Below are positions 30,857 through 42,207 of a stretch of DNA of 64,000 nucleotides, one piece after another (positions within the stretch are counted from its first letter, which is position 1; every line of letters begins with the position of its first letter). The notes beneath the pieces are model-generated. The model was not told the DNA's origin. It searched no databases and was given only the letters and a program-made list of their open reading frames with translations. Position numbers and translations under genes: made by a program. The stretch comes from an uncultured Nitrososphaeraceae archaeon (GTDB lineage: Archaea > Thermoproteota > Nitrososphaeria > Nitrososphaerales > Nitrososphaeraceae), in contig CAVZZA010000001.1 of NCBI GenBank assembly GCA_963779615.1, forward strand, positions 288,001 through 352,000, written 5' to 3'.

Positions 30857-31280
30857 AATGTGACCGGCCTCGTTTACATTGCTGCAATCATTCCAAACGA
30901 TGGTCAACTCACCTCGATCTTATTTGACATAAAAGTTGCCAAAAGACTTTTTGGTTTTATATAAATGAGGATATGATTACGTAAATCCAGCAATCTTCCA
31001 GGCCTCCTTTGCTCAAGGTGTTAATACTCAGAAGATAAAATCATGGCCGTAACACAAAAGCCACCTAATCAGGCAATTCTCGCTGAAAAATCAGATCCTC
31101 CAGCTTGGCAACAATTACATTCATGGTATCAGATTTCTGAGTGACCATAGATTCCACCTGCTGCGCACACCAATTCGCAAAACAAATTAATGCTACCACC
31201 GTGTTAATTCCAGTCATGCTGCTCCTGTATCACATCAAGATCAGACTACCCGAATCAATACTACAAGCAGCGGCAAAAGG
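30857..31280 (+). pseudogene. Decayed paralog of the alpha/beta hydrolase at 6834-7679
   Basis: NVTGLVYIAA, IMAVTQKP and PPAWQQLHSWYQISE fragments with stops and frameshifts. Confidence 0.75.
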
Positions 31281-31526
31281 AAATACTCGACAGCACAACA
31301 GGATTAGTAAAAATAAGGCGTAATAGATACATTAGAGCACCCTTTTTGTAAATCCATACATGCATAGCAGGAAAATTTCACAGATTGGAGCATTCTAATA
31401 TTCTAAATTGTTATGCTACAAACAAAGCTTAATGATGTTAATATCTATATTGCTGCAGATCCCCTCTAGCAATAATTATAAGATGACATACATCATTAAA
31501 TACAGGATTTCTACAATCATTTTTCA

Positions 31527-32597
31527 ATGAGTAATAAAACATACTCAATCCATTCATTACGCTTTACAGGAATCATCGTCGTTTTCATGATTATTGCAAC
31601 TAGCATTTCCGTATTTGAACTTGGTTCAAATCATCCTAAGGTTGCAGTGGCTCAGCAGCTGCAACAATCACAAGTCAACCAAACATCTTCTGTTCTGAAA
31701 GGCCAATCTGATTTGCAAGGCAATTCCTTTGATATCGACAACATTACTTTTTTCCATCACATGGCTTCTGTTAACGGTATTCAATTGCACTACGTGATAG
31801 GAGGCAAAGGAGATCCCGTAGTGTTATTGCATGGATTTCCACAGTCTTGGTATGAATGGAGGCACATTATGCCAGCATTGGCTAAGAATTACACCGTGAT
31901 TGCACCTGATCTTCGAGGATTTGGCGATTCTTCAAAACCTAGTACAGGTTACGACGGCAAAACTACTGCAGAGGATATATATCAATTGACATTACAACTA
32001 GGTCTTAATAAAATTTTGTTGGTGGCACATGACGTTGGCTCACAAACAGCTTATTCATATGCAGCAGACTATCCAAGTAATGTAAGTAAATTAGTGATCA
32101 TGGACTTTCCCTTCCCAGGATTCTTACCTTCATCGTTTGGTCAGAATGGACCTTGGTGGTTTGCTTTCCAGCAAGTGCCTAACTTGCCAGAATCCCTAGT
32201 GCAAGGTAAGGAGCGAGAATACATATCATGGTTCTTCCAAGGATTGGCTTATAACCCATCTGCAGTTACGGATAAAGATATAGATATATACGCAAGTCAT
32301 ATTTCAGGACCTGGTGGAGTAAAGGGAGCATTTGAACATTTTAGATCTTTCCCGATGGATGCAGAGCAAAATAAAGAATCAGCTATGCACAAGATAACAA
32401 TGCCTGTATTGGTATTAGGCGGCGATGTTTACCCTGCTCTAGGCGGTGATCTTCCTGGCAACTTTGCGTTAAACTCGACACAGGCACTAGCTACAAATGT
32501 AAAAGGCGTCACAGTTCCACTTTCAGGACATTGGATTCCAGAAGAGCAGCCGGATTTTGTCATAAAGCAGCTTACAGCATTCTTTAAAGAAGGATAG
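31527..32597 (+). CDS. Secreted alpha/beta hydrolase, epoxide hydrolase/dehalogenase-like
   Basis: Signal peptide; LLHGFPQSWYEW, APDLRGFGDS, AHDVG (Asp nucleophile) and GHWIPEEQP motifs. Confidence 0.9.
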   Translation: MSNKTYSIHSLRFTGIIVVFMIIATSISVFELGSNHPKVAVAQQLQQSQVNQTSSVLKGQSDLQGNSFDIDNITFFHHMASVNGIQLHYVIGGKGDPVVLLHGFPQSWYEWRHIMPALAKNYTVIAPDLRGFGDSSKPSTGYDGKTTAEDIYQLTLQLGLNKILLVAHDVGSQTAYSYAADYPSNVSKLVIMDFPFPGFLPSSFGQNGPWWFAFQQVPNLPESLVQGKEREYISWFFQGLAYNPSAVTDKDIDIYASHISGPGGVKGAFEHFRSFPMDAEQNKESAMHKITMPVLVLGGDVYPALGGDLPGNFALNSTQALATNVKGVTVPLSGHWIPEEQPDFVIKQLTAFFKEG

Positions 32598-32947
32598 AGA
32601 AGTAGTTTCAAGAAAACACTATTTTTTTAATTATCCCCAAATGACTTTTTGACTAGATCTGGATACAGTTTCAGCTATCTAGATCTTTCAATATCTTACA
32701 TATCCTGGCTTATGATAGGTTTAATACCCATTGTCTTCAAATGAGCATTCCATTTTCACGCAAAAGGGCTTTCAGAATTGGAACTATTTAGCTTTATCGT
32801 TTACGTTGCCAAAATCCAAATCGAATAACTTTGCGTAGTTTTTGTTAGTATAAAAGGAATTATAAAAAACTAGATTGTGTTTAATTTTTACGATTATCAT
32901 ATTCAAGTTCACATGTATCATCGATTACCCTGATATGATTCTGGTGT

Positions 32948-33140
32948 TTAGATTGCAAAAGGCGAACCCCCTCGCTCCAGCGCTGCCAGACGCCCCTTCC
33001 AATCTCCTTTACGATGCGCAACCGACACTTCATATACACCACGGCGCACAGCCAAGATGGGATCATCGGATGCTTCAATGCCGTCTGTGAGGCGCGTAGG
33101 ATCGTGCAGCATCACGGGATCGCCGATCTCTTCTACCGTA
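32948..33140 (-). pseudogene. C-terminal fragment of a catalase-related peroxidase (SrpA-like), GC-rich
   Basis: TVEEIGDPVMLHDPTRLTDGIEASDDPILAVRRGVYEVSVAHR...*. Confidence 0.65.
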
Positions 33141-33767
33141 TCTGTTCGGATAAATTACAAAAAAATTGCAGGGAATTAAAATACTATGTCTTTATCTCCT
33201 TTCACGTTTGTAAAGTTTCATAATCTAGAGCATTGGTATCCTCTTTCTTTAACTTGCCATATAGATTGTATTGATACTCAAATCCTCTGAATTCTCTCTA
33301 GAACTTCCTCCTATCTCTTCCAACTATAACAGATGCTGTAGTGTTTAATGAAAATCAAAGATATCATAATCTACTATTTTATAACAGCATAGTGGATACC
33401 TATCTCTATTGGTGTGAAATTTACTCCATCAATGGGATCAAATTGAAAGATAAAATGGCCATTATGGGTATTTATTAATGAAATATGTTATAAGTATTCT
33501 TCCCTAGACGGTATGCAAAAAAGATGATTCTTTGGGTGCATTCTCGGGCGTAAACCCAGATGAGCACAAACACAATACATAACCAATACATGATGATGAA
33601 GGTGTCCTTTTCTGGTATTAGCAAAGAAGATGGGGCATCCCCAAGCAAAAGGCTTCCTTAAAACCACACAGCCGTTGGAATAACTTGTTTATGGTTGTGT
33701 TATGACCTTTATTGGAGATGGTTTGTTGAACTCTGGTTTTGTGCGCTTGGTGTGAACGAAAGGAAAT

Positions 33768-33846
33768 TTGACCATTTTATTGACCAGTTTGACCATTAAG
33801 TTGACCGTATTGACTAAATATTTGACCGCCTTCATAAATGTGACCG
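33768..33846. repeat. Array of seven TTGACC-like hexamers
   Basis: Units at 33768, 33780, 33789, 33801, 33810, 33822 and 33840 (spacing 12,9,12,9,12,18). Confidence 0.8.
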
Positions 33847-34082
33847 CCATGCACATATGCCAATATGAACCATGCCAAAAAACCTTCCTTATAATCGCGT
33901 GATACAGGATTAATTGTGGTGTATTGGCCATTCCTTTTTGATTTTTGGAAAGTAGATATCTGTAGAGCAGGGGGAACTGCAGGAGTAGAGACATCCCCAT
34001 CCCCTTATACCATCCACACAAAAAACCCATTTGGCTCCAGGAGTTCGTTGGGGAATCATGGGGCCCAATCTCCAATTTCATC

Positions 34083-34358
34083 TTGCTGGTGGTGCAGGCG
34101 GGCCTCAAAAACGCTTATGAAAGCATCAAGGCTTTCTCTGAAACCGATTTTAACGAGGATCTCAAGAAAATCGATGTCCCAACTCTAGTCATGCATGGCG
34201 AGGATGATCAGATCGTCCCTATCGAGGACTCGGCGGTCAAGTCCGCAAAGATCATCAAGGGTGCAAGAAAAATCTTTTATCCTGGCGCCCCTCACGGCCT
34301 CACGGCCACACATCAGGATCAGATAAATGCCGACCTGCTTTCATTACTGAGATCCTGA
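34083..34358 (+). pseudogene. C-terminal fragment of a non-heme chloroperoxidase-like alpha/beta hydrolase
   Basis: [31 protein letters not shown]...YPGAPHGL...INADLL; N-terminal part absent. Confidence 0.8.
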
Positions 34359-34579
34359 GGCTTGAAACGAGACCAACATCATGTATGACAGAAGACAGTC
34401 ACCTGAGGGTGCGCTCACAGGCATCCAGGTTACCGTGGAATGCATGCCCAAGGTTGTTATTAGGCAGCCACATTCAGAGCCGCGCAGTACATCTGCAAGG
34501 TTAGTCTGGACCAGTCATCTAAAGCCAATTCTGCAAATGCAAGTGAATCCACACAATATAGATTAGCTCAACTCAACAC

Positions 34580-34845
34580 GGTAGCATGACGAAACATCTT
34601 GGGCAGAATTGAGGAGCTTCCTGGACATGCAGTTTCCTGCATGCAAGGCATACACCCGTTCATTCCCATTACTAAGGAAGTTGGAAGACCGTTATTGAAA
34701 GGACAGTGCTGTACATAGGGACAGGAACAAAAGACTTTGGAGATTGTTTTCCATTCAAGTTTAAGGATTGTAATCCACTGCACGCAAGGAATTGGATGAG
34801 CATGTTTGCAGGCCTCATGACAGCGATTTGAAAAACGTTTAAGAG
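34580..34845 (+). mobile_element. Possible IS6 transposase C-terminal remnant
   Basis: FPFKFKDCNPLHARNWMSMFAGL resembles archaeal IS6 transposase C-termini. Confidence 0.4.
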
Positions 34846-34904
34846 AACAGGCATACAGAAGACTATTTCATTAATATGAACAACAGGCCCCATGCCTGAT
34901 CGCT

Positions 34905-35927
34905 CTAGTTACCTGTTGTAAGTACACATCTAAACCTTGGTTTACCGCTCATCATTAAATCATAGGCTTCTGCCGCACGCTCTAGTGGAAAGACTTCGTT
35001 CATAGACCTTACACCAGAGAGAACACTAAATGATAAGGTATCTTGTGAATCAATTGAAGTACCAGACGGCCAGCCTATCAATGATCGGCGCCCCTGGATA
35101 AATAGAGATGTAGGCACTTCAACTGGCTCATCAGATGCTCCAATTATTACAATCTTTCCATTGACTGCGAGGCCCCCGAGGATTTGACTCATGGCTTTTC
35201 CACTTGGCACTGTTGCAAGTATGACTTTGGCTCCTCCCAGTTTGTTAAGCTCTTCGACAGCATTCTGCGAACGGTTATCAATGTATTGTCTTGCGCCAAG
35301 CTTCTTCACCAGTTCCTCTTCGTCCTTTCCCCTTGCAATAGCGATGGTTTTAAAACCCATTTTGGAAGCAAATTGAACACCCAGATGCCCAAGTCCTCCT
35401 ATTCCAAGAATGGCAACCACATCACCTGGACGTGCTCCGCTATTTCTTAGAGAATGGTAAGTTGTAATGCCAGCACACATAAGAGGTGCAGCTTCTGTTG
35501 CTGACAACTCATCAGGGATAATTGCAAGTGCCTCAGTTGGAACTATAACATAATCAGAATAGCCACCATCATATGAAATACCAGGCACTTGTGCATACAG
35601 GCAAGTAACAAAATCGCCTCGTCGACACGATTCACAATGGCCACAATGACCTCCATGCCAGCCAACAGCTACTCTCTGCCCGGCTTTCCATTTAGTGTTA
35701 TCAACGTCTTTACCCACTGCATCAATAACCCCTGCAATCTCATGACCTGGAACCCGGGGATATTGGATGCCCGGGAATAGTCCCTCCTTAGTAAAGGAAT
35801 CGCTATGACATACACCACAGGCTTGTACCTTGATACGTACTTGCACAGGACCAGGTTCTGGAATGTCTCGTTCTACCATTTCAAAAGGCCCTCCAGGCCT
35901 GGATACCTGTACTGAGCGCATATGCAT
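34905..35927 (-). CDS. Zn-dependent alcohol dehydrogenase
   Basis: ACGVCHSD, GHEIAG, CGHCESCRRG...C, PLMCAG and GIGGLG motifs. Confidence 0.95.
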   Translation of the reverse strand: MHMRSVQVSRPGGPFEMVERDIPEPGPVQVRIKVQACGVCHSDSFTKEGLFPGIQYPRVPGHEIAGVIDAVGKDVDNTKWKAGQRVAVGWHGGHCGHCESCRRGDFVTCLYAQVPGISYDGGYSDYVIVPTEALAIIPDELSATEAAPLMCAGITTYHSLRNSGARPGDVVAILGIGGLGHLGVQFASKMGFKTIAIARGKDEEELVKKLGARQYIDNRSQNAVEELNKLGGAKVILATVPSGKAMSQILGGLAVNGKIVIIGASDEPVEVPTSLFIQGRRSLIGWPSGTSIDSQDTLSFSVLSGVRSMNEVFPLERAAEAYDLMMSGKPRFRCVLTTGN

Positions 35928-36535
35928 TATTATGATCTTCGCTCTATTTATGGTTGTGGTACTTGTGAATCATCGCTTTAGCCTTTACCAAAAGTCCTAA
36001 ATTCAAGCGTGTAAAAGGGGATTTGGCATGTTTAATATTTTTTACCCCAAGTAAAAGAGGGGCAAAATTATGACAACAGGGCCTTCATAATTCCCTCTAC
36101 TTCAATACCAATAAATTAATTTTACAATAGCGCACGCAAAGACAAAGGATTTGACATATGCTATTATCTACAAATCATTTTAATATTGGGGTCCATGAAT
36201 TCATTGTTTGAAATCGAGGGAGGTGCTGAAGTGGGACGAATCCATACTGTATACTCGCGTATTCGCCAATTATATTTTTTATTTACATAATAGATCTGAT
36301 GCGTAATTATACATGTATCAAAATTTTACAGATTCGTAAGTATATATTGAAATATTGTATTTTAATTAATGAATTGTAATTAAGACGCGTCAACTTTTTA
36401 GAAATTTTTCTAATGATATTAAATACGCAAGAGATCTAATGTAGAGGAGGATTAATGGAATTTGAATCTGCAACCTGCATCCATGGATTTGTGATATAAA
36501 CTATTTGATGATCCAAATCAGTTAATTTATTCATG

Positions 36536-36550
36536 ATTATGGTTCATAAT
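36536..36550. promoter_or_regulatory. Palindrome ATTATG-GTT-CATAAT upstream of the W/Mo transporter
   Basis: Perfect 6-bp IR with flanking TCATG/CATGA, ~50 bp upstream of the binding-protein gene. Confidence 0.45.
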
Positions 36551-36597
36551 ATTGCATGACAATTTATTTTTATAATGTTGTCTATACCGAATAACAT

Positions 36598-37611
36598 GTG
36601 GTTACCAATATATCAACCATCATGAACAAGAAAGGTCTATTCGTAATTCCATTTGTTATCATTGGTATATTTTCTATACACACAGTAGGTGAATTTTCCA
36701 TTGCAAACGGCACAAATGATGATCCAGGCAAAGTCTTTGTAATGTATGCAGGGTCTCTTGTAAAAACATTTGAGGATGTGATAGGGCCTGCATTTCAAAA
36801 CGAAACTGGCTATGCATATGTAGGTGAAGGTAAAGGATCAGTCCAAGTTGCAAATTTGATCAAAGATGGATTTAGGACTCCAGATGTATTTGTGAGTGCT
36901 GGAACAATTCCAATCACGAGGTTGATGAACAATACTCCTCCTCTTGCAGAGTGGCTTTTAGAGTTTGGTTCTGCCGAAATGGTAATAGCTTACTCGACAA
37001 ATAGTCCATACTATAACGATTTAGAAAAGGCAAGAAAAGGCGAAATACCATGGTATGATGTTATTTCTAAAGAAGGATTCAAATTTGGTAGGACGGATCC
37101 CGAATTAGATCCAAAAGGATACTATACCATCATCACTGCCAAACTGGCCAATATCTATTACAATGATTCATCCATCAAAGAAAGAATTTTGGGCGGGGAT
37201 AGAAATCCTAAACAGATTTTTCCTGAAGAGATACTAAAAACAATACTGGAATCAGGGCAACTTGATGCAGTAGTTGCCTACAAACATGAAGCAGTTTCCA
37301 GGGGACTTCCATATATCACACTACCTACAGAGATTAATCTTAGCGACCCTGCATTTTCTGATTTCTATAAAAAGGCTACTTATACATTAGAATCCGACCA
37401 GAAAATAATTTATGGCGAACCGATTTACTTCTCAATTACAATACCGCAATCCGTAAAAAATGCAAATGGCGCAATCTCGTTTGTAAACTTTTTAATTTCA
37501 AAAAACGGCTCACAAATATTGGAAAATCAAGGGCTTAACCCTGTAGGCATATCCACTAAAGGAGACACAGGCAAAATACCTATATCTATAAAAGATATGA
37601 CTTCACAGTAA
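36598..37611 (+). CDS. wtpA: Tungstate/molybdate ABC binding protein (WtpA-like)
   Basis: YAGSL, GSV, GRTDPELDPKGY and LPTEINLSDP motifs. Confidence 0.85.
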   Translation: MVTNISTIMNKKGLFVIPFVIIGIFSIHTVGEFSIANGTNDDPGKVFVMYAGSLVKTFEDVIGPAFQNETGYAYVGEGKGSVQVANLIKDGFRTPDVFVSAGTIPITRLMNNTPPLAEWLLEFGSAEMVIAYSTNSPYYNDLEKARKGEIPWYDVISKEGFKFGRTDPELDPKGYYTIITAKLANIYYNDSSIKERILGGDRNPKQIFPEEILKTILESGQLDAVVAYKHEAVSRGLPYITLPTEINLSDPAFSDFYKKATYTLESDQKIIYGEPIYFSITIPQSVKNANGAISFVNFLISKNGSQILENQGLNPVGISTKGDTGKIPISIKDMTSQ

Positions 37612-37657
37612 CAAGAACAAAATCTAATGATGACATACAAGAATATGCGGTAAGACG

Positions 37658-38479
37658 ATGTATATGAGTAACAAGAGCAAGATAGTCAATTTCAACCTCA
37701 TAATGTGCGTTTTAGCTGGCATAGCCGTAATTTATATTATTTATCCTCTTGCCAGTATCTTTGTTTTTTCAGAGCCTGAAAATCTTTTAGATTCATTTAC
37801 ACGGCCCAAGGTTATTGATGCTTTAGTTCTTAGCATTATCTCTGCATCAATTTCAACTATGTTAATATCCATCTTTGGAATACCCCTTGCGTTCTGCTTG
37901 GCCAGGTATAGGTTTCCAGGCAGTTTTCTAGTAAGGGTTGTTGTCATCATTCCATTAGTTCTACCGCCATTAGCAAGCGGTGCACTCCTTTTAGGAGTAT
38001 TTAGTCCGCAAACATCACCTTTAGATAGGGTTTTTCCCGGAATAGAGTTTACGCAATCTTTAGTTGGGGTCATTATTGCACAAACTTATGTTGCCGCTCC
38101 ATTTATGATTCTCGCCAGTCAAGCTGCGTTTGAATCAGTTGATGAGTCATTTGAAAAAATTGCCCGAGTTTTAGGTAAGAAGAAGATAGAGGTCTTTGTA
38201 AGGATTTCACTTCCATTGGCTAAAAAGGGGATTATCATAGGTTTCATAATGACCTGGATAAGGGCAGTAGGGGAACTTGGAGCAACTATAATGATGGCGT
38301 ACAATCCACACACCATCTCCATTCAAATATTTGAAGATAATGCAATTGGTGGGTTACGACAGGCTATTCCAAGTATTGTAATGGTCATCTTGCTCTCAGT
38401 TGTCATGATATTTTTATATTCCATTATAATTAAAAGACTAGACGATAAAGCAACAAAAGATGTTTTAAACTTAAGGTGA
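37658..38479 (+). CDS. wtpB: Tungstate/molybdate ABC permease
   Basis: PLVLPPLASG, AQTYVAAPF and RAVGELGAT motifs. Confidence 0.85.
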   Translation: MYMSNKSKIVNFNLIMCVLAGIAVIYIIYPLASIFVFSEPENLLDSFTRPKVIDALVLSIISASISTMLISIFGIPLAFCLARYRFPGSFLVRVVVIIPLVLPPLASGALLLGVFSPQTSPLDRVFPGIEFTQSLVGVIIAQTYVAAPFMILASQAAFESVDESFEKIARVLGKKKIEVFVRISLPLAKKGIIIGFIMTWIRAVGELGATIMMAYNPHTISIQIFEDNAIGGLRQAIPSIVMVILLSVVMIFLYSIIIKRLDDKATKDVLNLR

Positions 38480-38504
38480 GCAGAAATCACGAAGAAGGAG
38501 GAGA

Positions 38505-39590
38505 ATTAATACGGTACTAGAACTTGTTAATGTCACCAAAGACTTTCCTGGATTCCGGCTAGGGCCTTTGAATTTGAAAGTGGATGACGATCAGATCTTA
38601 GTAATGATTGGACCTACTGGAAGTGGCAAAACTACAATCCTTAACCTGATTGTCGGGTTAATTAAACCAGATAGCGGCTCGATTATCATCGATAAAGTAG
38701 ATATAACAAACTTACCAGTTGAATCAAGGAACATAGGATATTCTTTTCAAAATCCTTGCCTATTTCCTCACATGAGTGTATATGATAATATTACTTTTGG
38801 TCTTAAAAAAGAGGACAGTAAGAAAAAAGACGACCAGATTAAAAACCTTTTTGAAAACCTTGGAATATTACGCCTTTTGAATCGTCATATACATGGACTT
38901 AGTGGGGGTGAGATGCAAAAAATATCATTGGCAAGAATGCTGATAACTGAACCGAAAATAATGCTTATGGATGAGCCTCTCGCTCATCTTGATGATCTAA
39001 CCAAAAGAAACATTAGAGTAGATCTTAGAAAAATACTTAAAAAACAAAGAGTGTCTGGCATATATGTAACTCATTTTGCAGATGACGTTTATGCACTTGC
39101 TGATTCAGTATCGGTATTAAGAAAAGGCTGTATTGAGAGAACAGACACTTTAAGAACAATATTATCATATTCTAATCATTCGTCGTCACCTTTTTTATAT
39201 GAAATTTTTAATGGAGGCTACAATTACATAGATGGCAAGGTAACATCATCAATAAATGGCGTTACTGTTTTCATGAGTGGATCTCATAAAATTGAAACAA
39301 TTGGAGATTATCCAATGGATTCTATGATTGGAGTGTTGATTAGGCCTGAAGACATCATTCTTTCATTGGAACCGATAAAAACAAGTGCACGTAATATAAT
39401 AAAGACAAAAGTAGCCTACATTGTTAATTCACGATTAAAAAAAGGAGTTATGGACATACACCTTGTGATAGACAACATTCATTTGATATCCAGAATCACA
39501 AATGAATCCCGAATTTATCTTGGAGTTAAGGAGGGTGACTATATTTATGCAATGTTCAAAGCTACATCCCCTCAAATAATACGTGAGTGA
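38505..39590 (+). CDS. wtpC: Tungstate/molybdate ABC ATPase with TOBE domain (true start upstream of 38568, uncertain)
   Basis: In-frame VLELVNVTKDF upstream of the called start; GPTGSGKTT, LSGGE, MDEP and TSARN motifs. Confidence 0.85.
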   Translation: MNTVLELVNVTKDFPGFRLGPLNLKVDDDQILVMIGPTGSGKTTILNLIVGLIKPDSGSIIIDKVDITNLPVESRNIGYSFQNPCLFPHMSVYDNITFGLKKEDSKKKDDQIKNLFENLGILRLLNRHIHGLSGGEMQKISLARMLITEPKIMLMDEPLAHLDDLTKRNIRVDLRKILKKQRVSGIYVTHFADDVYALADSVSVLRKGCIERTDTLRTILSYSNHSSSPFLYEIFNGGYNYIDGKVTSSINGVTVFMSGSHKIETIGDYPMDSMIGVLIRPEDIILSLEPIKTSARNIIKTKVAYIVNSRLKKGVMDIHLVIDNIHLISRITNESRIYLGVKEGDYIYAMFKATSPQIIRE

Positions 39591-40264
39591 AACCTTGGTT
39601 TTGTACTATCGAACGTCATAGATTTATTTATCAAACTAATAGAAACCTGAACTTCGTTATGAATTATTATAATAATTCCTTTTCTCCATGTTGTTTTTTT
39701 TTGACGGTTGTTTTTAAACTGTTAAGGTATTGTCAAACACTATTACTATATTTTATCGAACGCTTTATGCTATAAAGCGTTACTTAATCAAGATAAAAAC
39801 TAGTATCCTGCTATTTGAATTTTCAATTTATCCATTACACTGACTATAACTTGGATTTTATCAATCTTTAATAATAGTAGTAAAATCCCTTTATGCATAT
39901 TCTCATGAAAAGAAGGGTTAGTTTAACTACCACCACCAACGCTAATTGTGCATAGCAAGCAGAGAATTGGATGAGTAAATGTGGTGAAAAACAATAAAGG
40001 CCATAGTTGAAGATGCAATAGCCAGGCTTTAACATCACCCTCATTGACGATAATCAAACCCATTCTGTTCAATATCCAGATTCAGGTATACTTTGGGTGT
40101 TTCAGTCTGTTTTTTTAACTCCACACCATATTTAGATGCCAGGCTAGCAATCTTTCGCTTTTGTTCGTTATCAATGGCAAAGGCTGCATGGTGGTGTCTG
40201 AAATTTCCACACCGGTTTCCACAAAATACAAAATTAATAATTTAATTAATTAAATGTGTAAAAC

Positions 40265-40930
40265 CTACATTTTAAATCCCCTACTCAGCATTATCAATTC
40301 TGGGCCAGTCGTTAAACTACCAACAACTAGGGCTTTTGAATTACAAAGTATTCCTGAAGAAAGATATGGGATGCCTCCATTGATTGTTAAAGCTTCTACA
40401 TCCACTTTTAAAATGGATGCAACAGATTCGATTTCTTTTTCTGAAGCATTTGGATGAATTGCTGCACCATTGTTATTGCACACTATCATAGACCCTGTTT
40501 GATTAAATCCTGCGACAGACGTTGTAAGTACATTGATTCCAAGAACATCCTCTATTTGTTTGTCAAATTCGCCTTTAAAGAGCGGCGAGACTATGGCACC
40601 ATTATCATTTGCAGAAATTAGGTTTCCAACTGCGGTATGTTTTGATTCCAAACGTGCAATATTAAGCCCAGTTACTTGTTTAAGGTATGTTATTTCTTCA
40701 TCTGATGCTAACGAGGGCAATAACATACCGTTATTGTTTAAAACCACCATAGGTCCAATAATTCTATGTCCACCTATTGAAACAAAAACTGGATCGACTT
40801 CTAGATAGTCAATTAATCTTTTACTTTTGGTTTCAGCATATCCGTATGGAAGCAATACGATACTGTCGTTAGATTTGGCGAATATGCCAACATTAGGACT
40901 CTTGTATAAATCATATCTAAAAATACCCAA
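40265..40930 (-). CDS. eif6: Translation initiation factor 6 (aIF6)
   Basis: SPNVGIF, AVGNLISANDNGAIVSP and LTTGPEL; likely start TTG 40930. Confidence 0.93.
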   Translation of the reverse strand: MGIFRYDLYKSPNVGIFAKSNDSIVLLPYGYAETKSKRLIDYLEVDPVFVSIGGHRIIGPMVVLNNNGMLLPSLASDEEITYLKQVTGLNIARLESKHTAVGNLISANDNGAIVSPLFKGEFDKQIEDVLGINVLTTSVAGFNQTGSMIVCNNNGAAIHPNASEKEIESVASILKVDVEALTINGGIPYLSSGILCNSKALVVGSLTTGPELIMLSRGFKM

Positions 40931-41065
40931 ATAATGTGTTAAATATATATAATTTATCATATGAACTTATTGGTTAAAAATTTAATATTGTAAAATTATT
41001 AAAAATATAAAATAATACCAATGATTAATCATTAATAGAATCAACAGCGATGTTAAAAAAAAAAT

Positions 41066-41722
41066 ATGTACACTACTTTTTTTTTATTGGCATATATACT
41101 GATATTTTATAATTTGTTCCTAATACAATATTTTAATGCGGTCACATATTCACAAAATTCATACTCAAATACAAAAATAAAACAAGATATAACCAGCAGC
41201 AGCAGCAGCAGCAGCACAAATAATGCCAAGTGGCTCTATTATACGGATAAAAAAGAGAACTTTACTATAATATATCCAAATGAATGGGAAATCGTTAAAA
41301 GTAAAAATAATGACAACAATCAAACTGGCCACATTACAATATTTAGATCGCCTAAAGAAAATCTGAATGATACTTTTCAGGATAATATTGTCATAAGCAT
41401 AATAAAACCAAATAGGGACATATCAAACAATAACAATGATTTTGAAATACAAACAATAGTTAAAAAACTAGCAATAAATAACAATGATTTTAAACTGGAA
41501 AATATTTCAACCATAGATATAAACGGTCATCACTCAGGAAAGGGGATAAAGTATAGTTTTAAAAAATCGGGAATAGACTTTACAACTGAACAAATATTTT
41601 CAACCATAAACAACAAGATTTACATATTTTCATTATTGACTGAACAGGATTCATTTGAAAACTATCATCCGATATTAGACTTTATGTTAAAAAATTTAAC
41701 GTTGAAAAATGATACAGCATGA
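41066..41722 (+). CDS. Secreted PsbP-like hypothetical protein
   Basis: Signal/TM, poly-Ser, WLYYTD..NFTIIYPNEW...NNKIYIFS pattern. Confidence 0.6.
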   Translation: MYTTFFLLAYILIFYNLFLIQYFNAVTYSQNSYSNTKIKQDITSSSSSSSTNNAKWLYYTDKKENFTIIYPNEWEIVKSKNNDNNQTGHITIFRSPKENLNDTFQDNIVISIIKPNRDISNNNNDFEIQTIVKKLAINNNDFKLENISTIDINGHHSGKGIKYSFKKSGIDFTTEQIFSTINNKIYIFSLLTEQDSFENYHPILDFMLKNLTLKNDTA

Positions 41723-41731
41723 TATTTTTTC

Positions 41732-42019
41732 CTATTTATCCAACCCAGTATATATTTGGGTATCAATAATATAGGAAAAACTAGAAGTTAAGTCAGTAGT
41801 GGTTATTTTAGATGACAGGGGCAATAAAATAGAAGGATCCGAATACTGCTCAGAACTACCTAAGCCATTGTAACTGGACAATGAAGACTGATTTAAAATG
41901 TTGGATTTTGTAACCTTATCTTTGGCTAAAGCAATTTGAGAGGAAACAGAACTATCTACAGATACAACAACTATCAAAGAAATGATAAACACAGATATAA
42001 AGAATCTTAGTTTTTCCAT
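41732..42019 (-). CDS. Hypothetical secreted protein
   Basis: 95-aa ORF with a signal-like N-terminus. Confidence 0.45.
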   Translation of the reverse strand: MEKLRFFISVFIISLIVVVSVDSSVSSQIALAKDKVTKSNILNQSSLSSYNGLGSSEQYSDPSILLPLSSKITTTDLTSSFSYIIDTQIYTGLDK

Positions 42020-42207
42020 ATATTTAATTCAGGGGATTATATCATTTATAAGAAAACCTTCAATTATCACAATAATAAACATAATCATATATCAGCACAG
42101 TTATTTCTACTCAAGAATTAACATAACACTTTTTAGTTATTTTTTGATTATAAGATTTGCATTAATTTAATTTCATTGCCACAGCTTTATCAAACATAAA
42201 TAAAAAA

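Noticed and set aside
33689-34108. 139-aa minus-strand ORF
   Set aside because: No recognisable family; overlaps a repeat array and a pseudogene, so probably spurious.
36447-36481. Minus-strand stretch resembling a tRNA T-arm (GCAGGTTGCAGATTCAAATTCC)
   Set aside because: No cloverleaf or acceptor pairing; too degenerate to call a tRNA or att site.
41195-41215. (AGC)7 microsatellite
   Set aside because: In-frame poly-Ser linker of a secreted protein; unremarkable.
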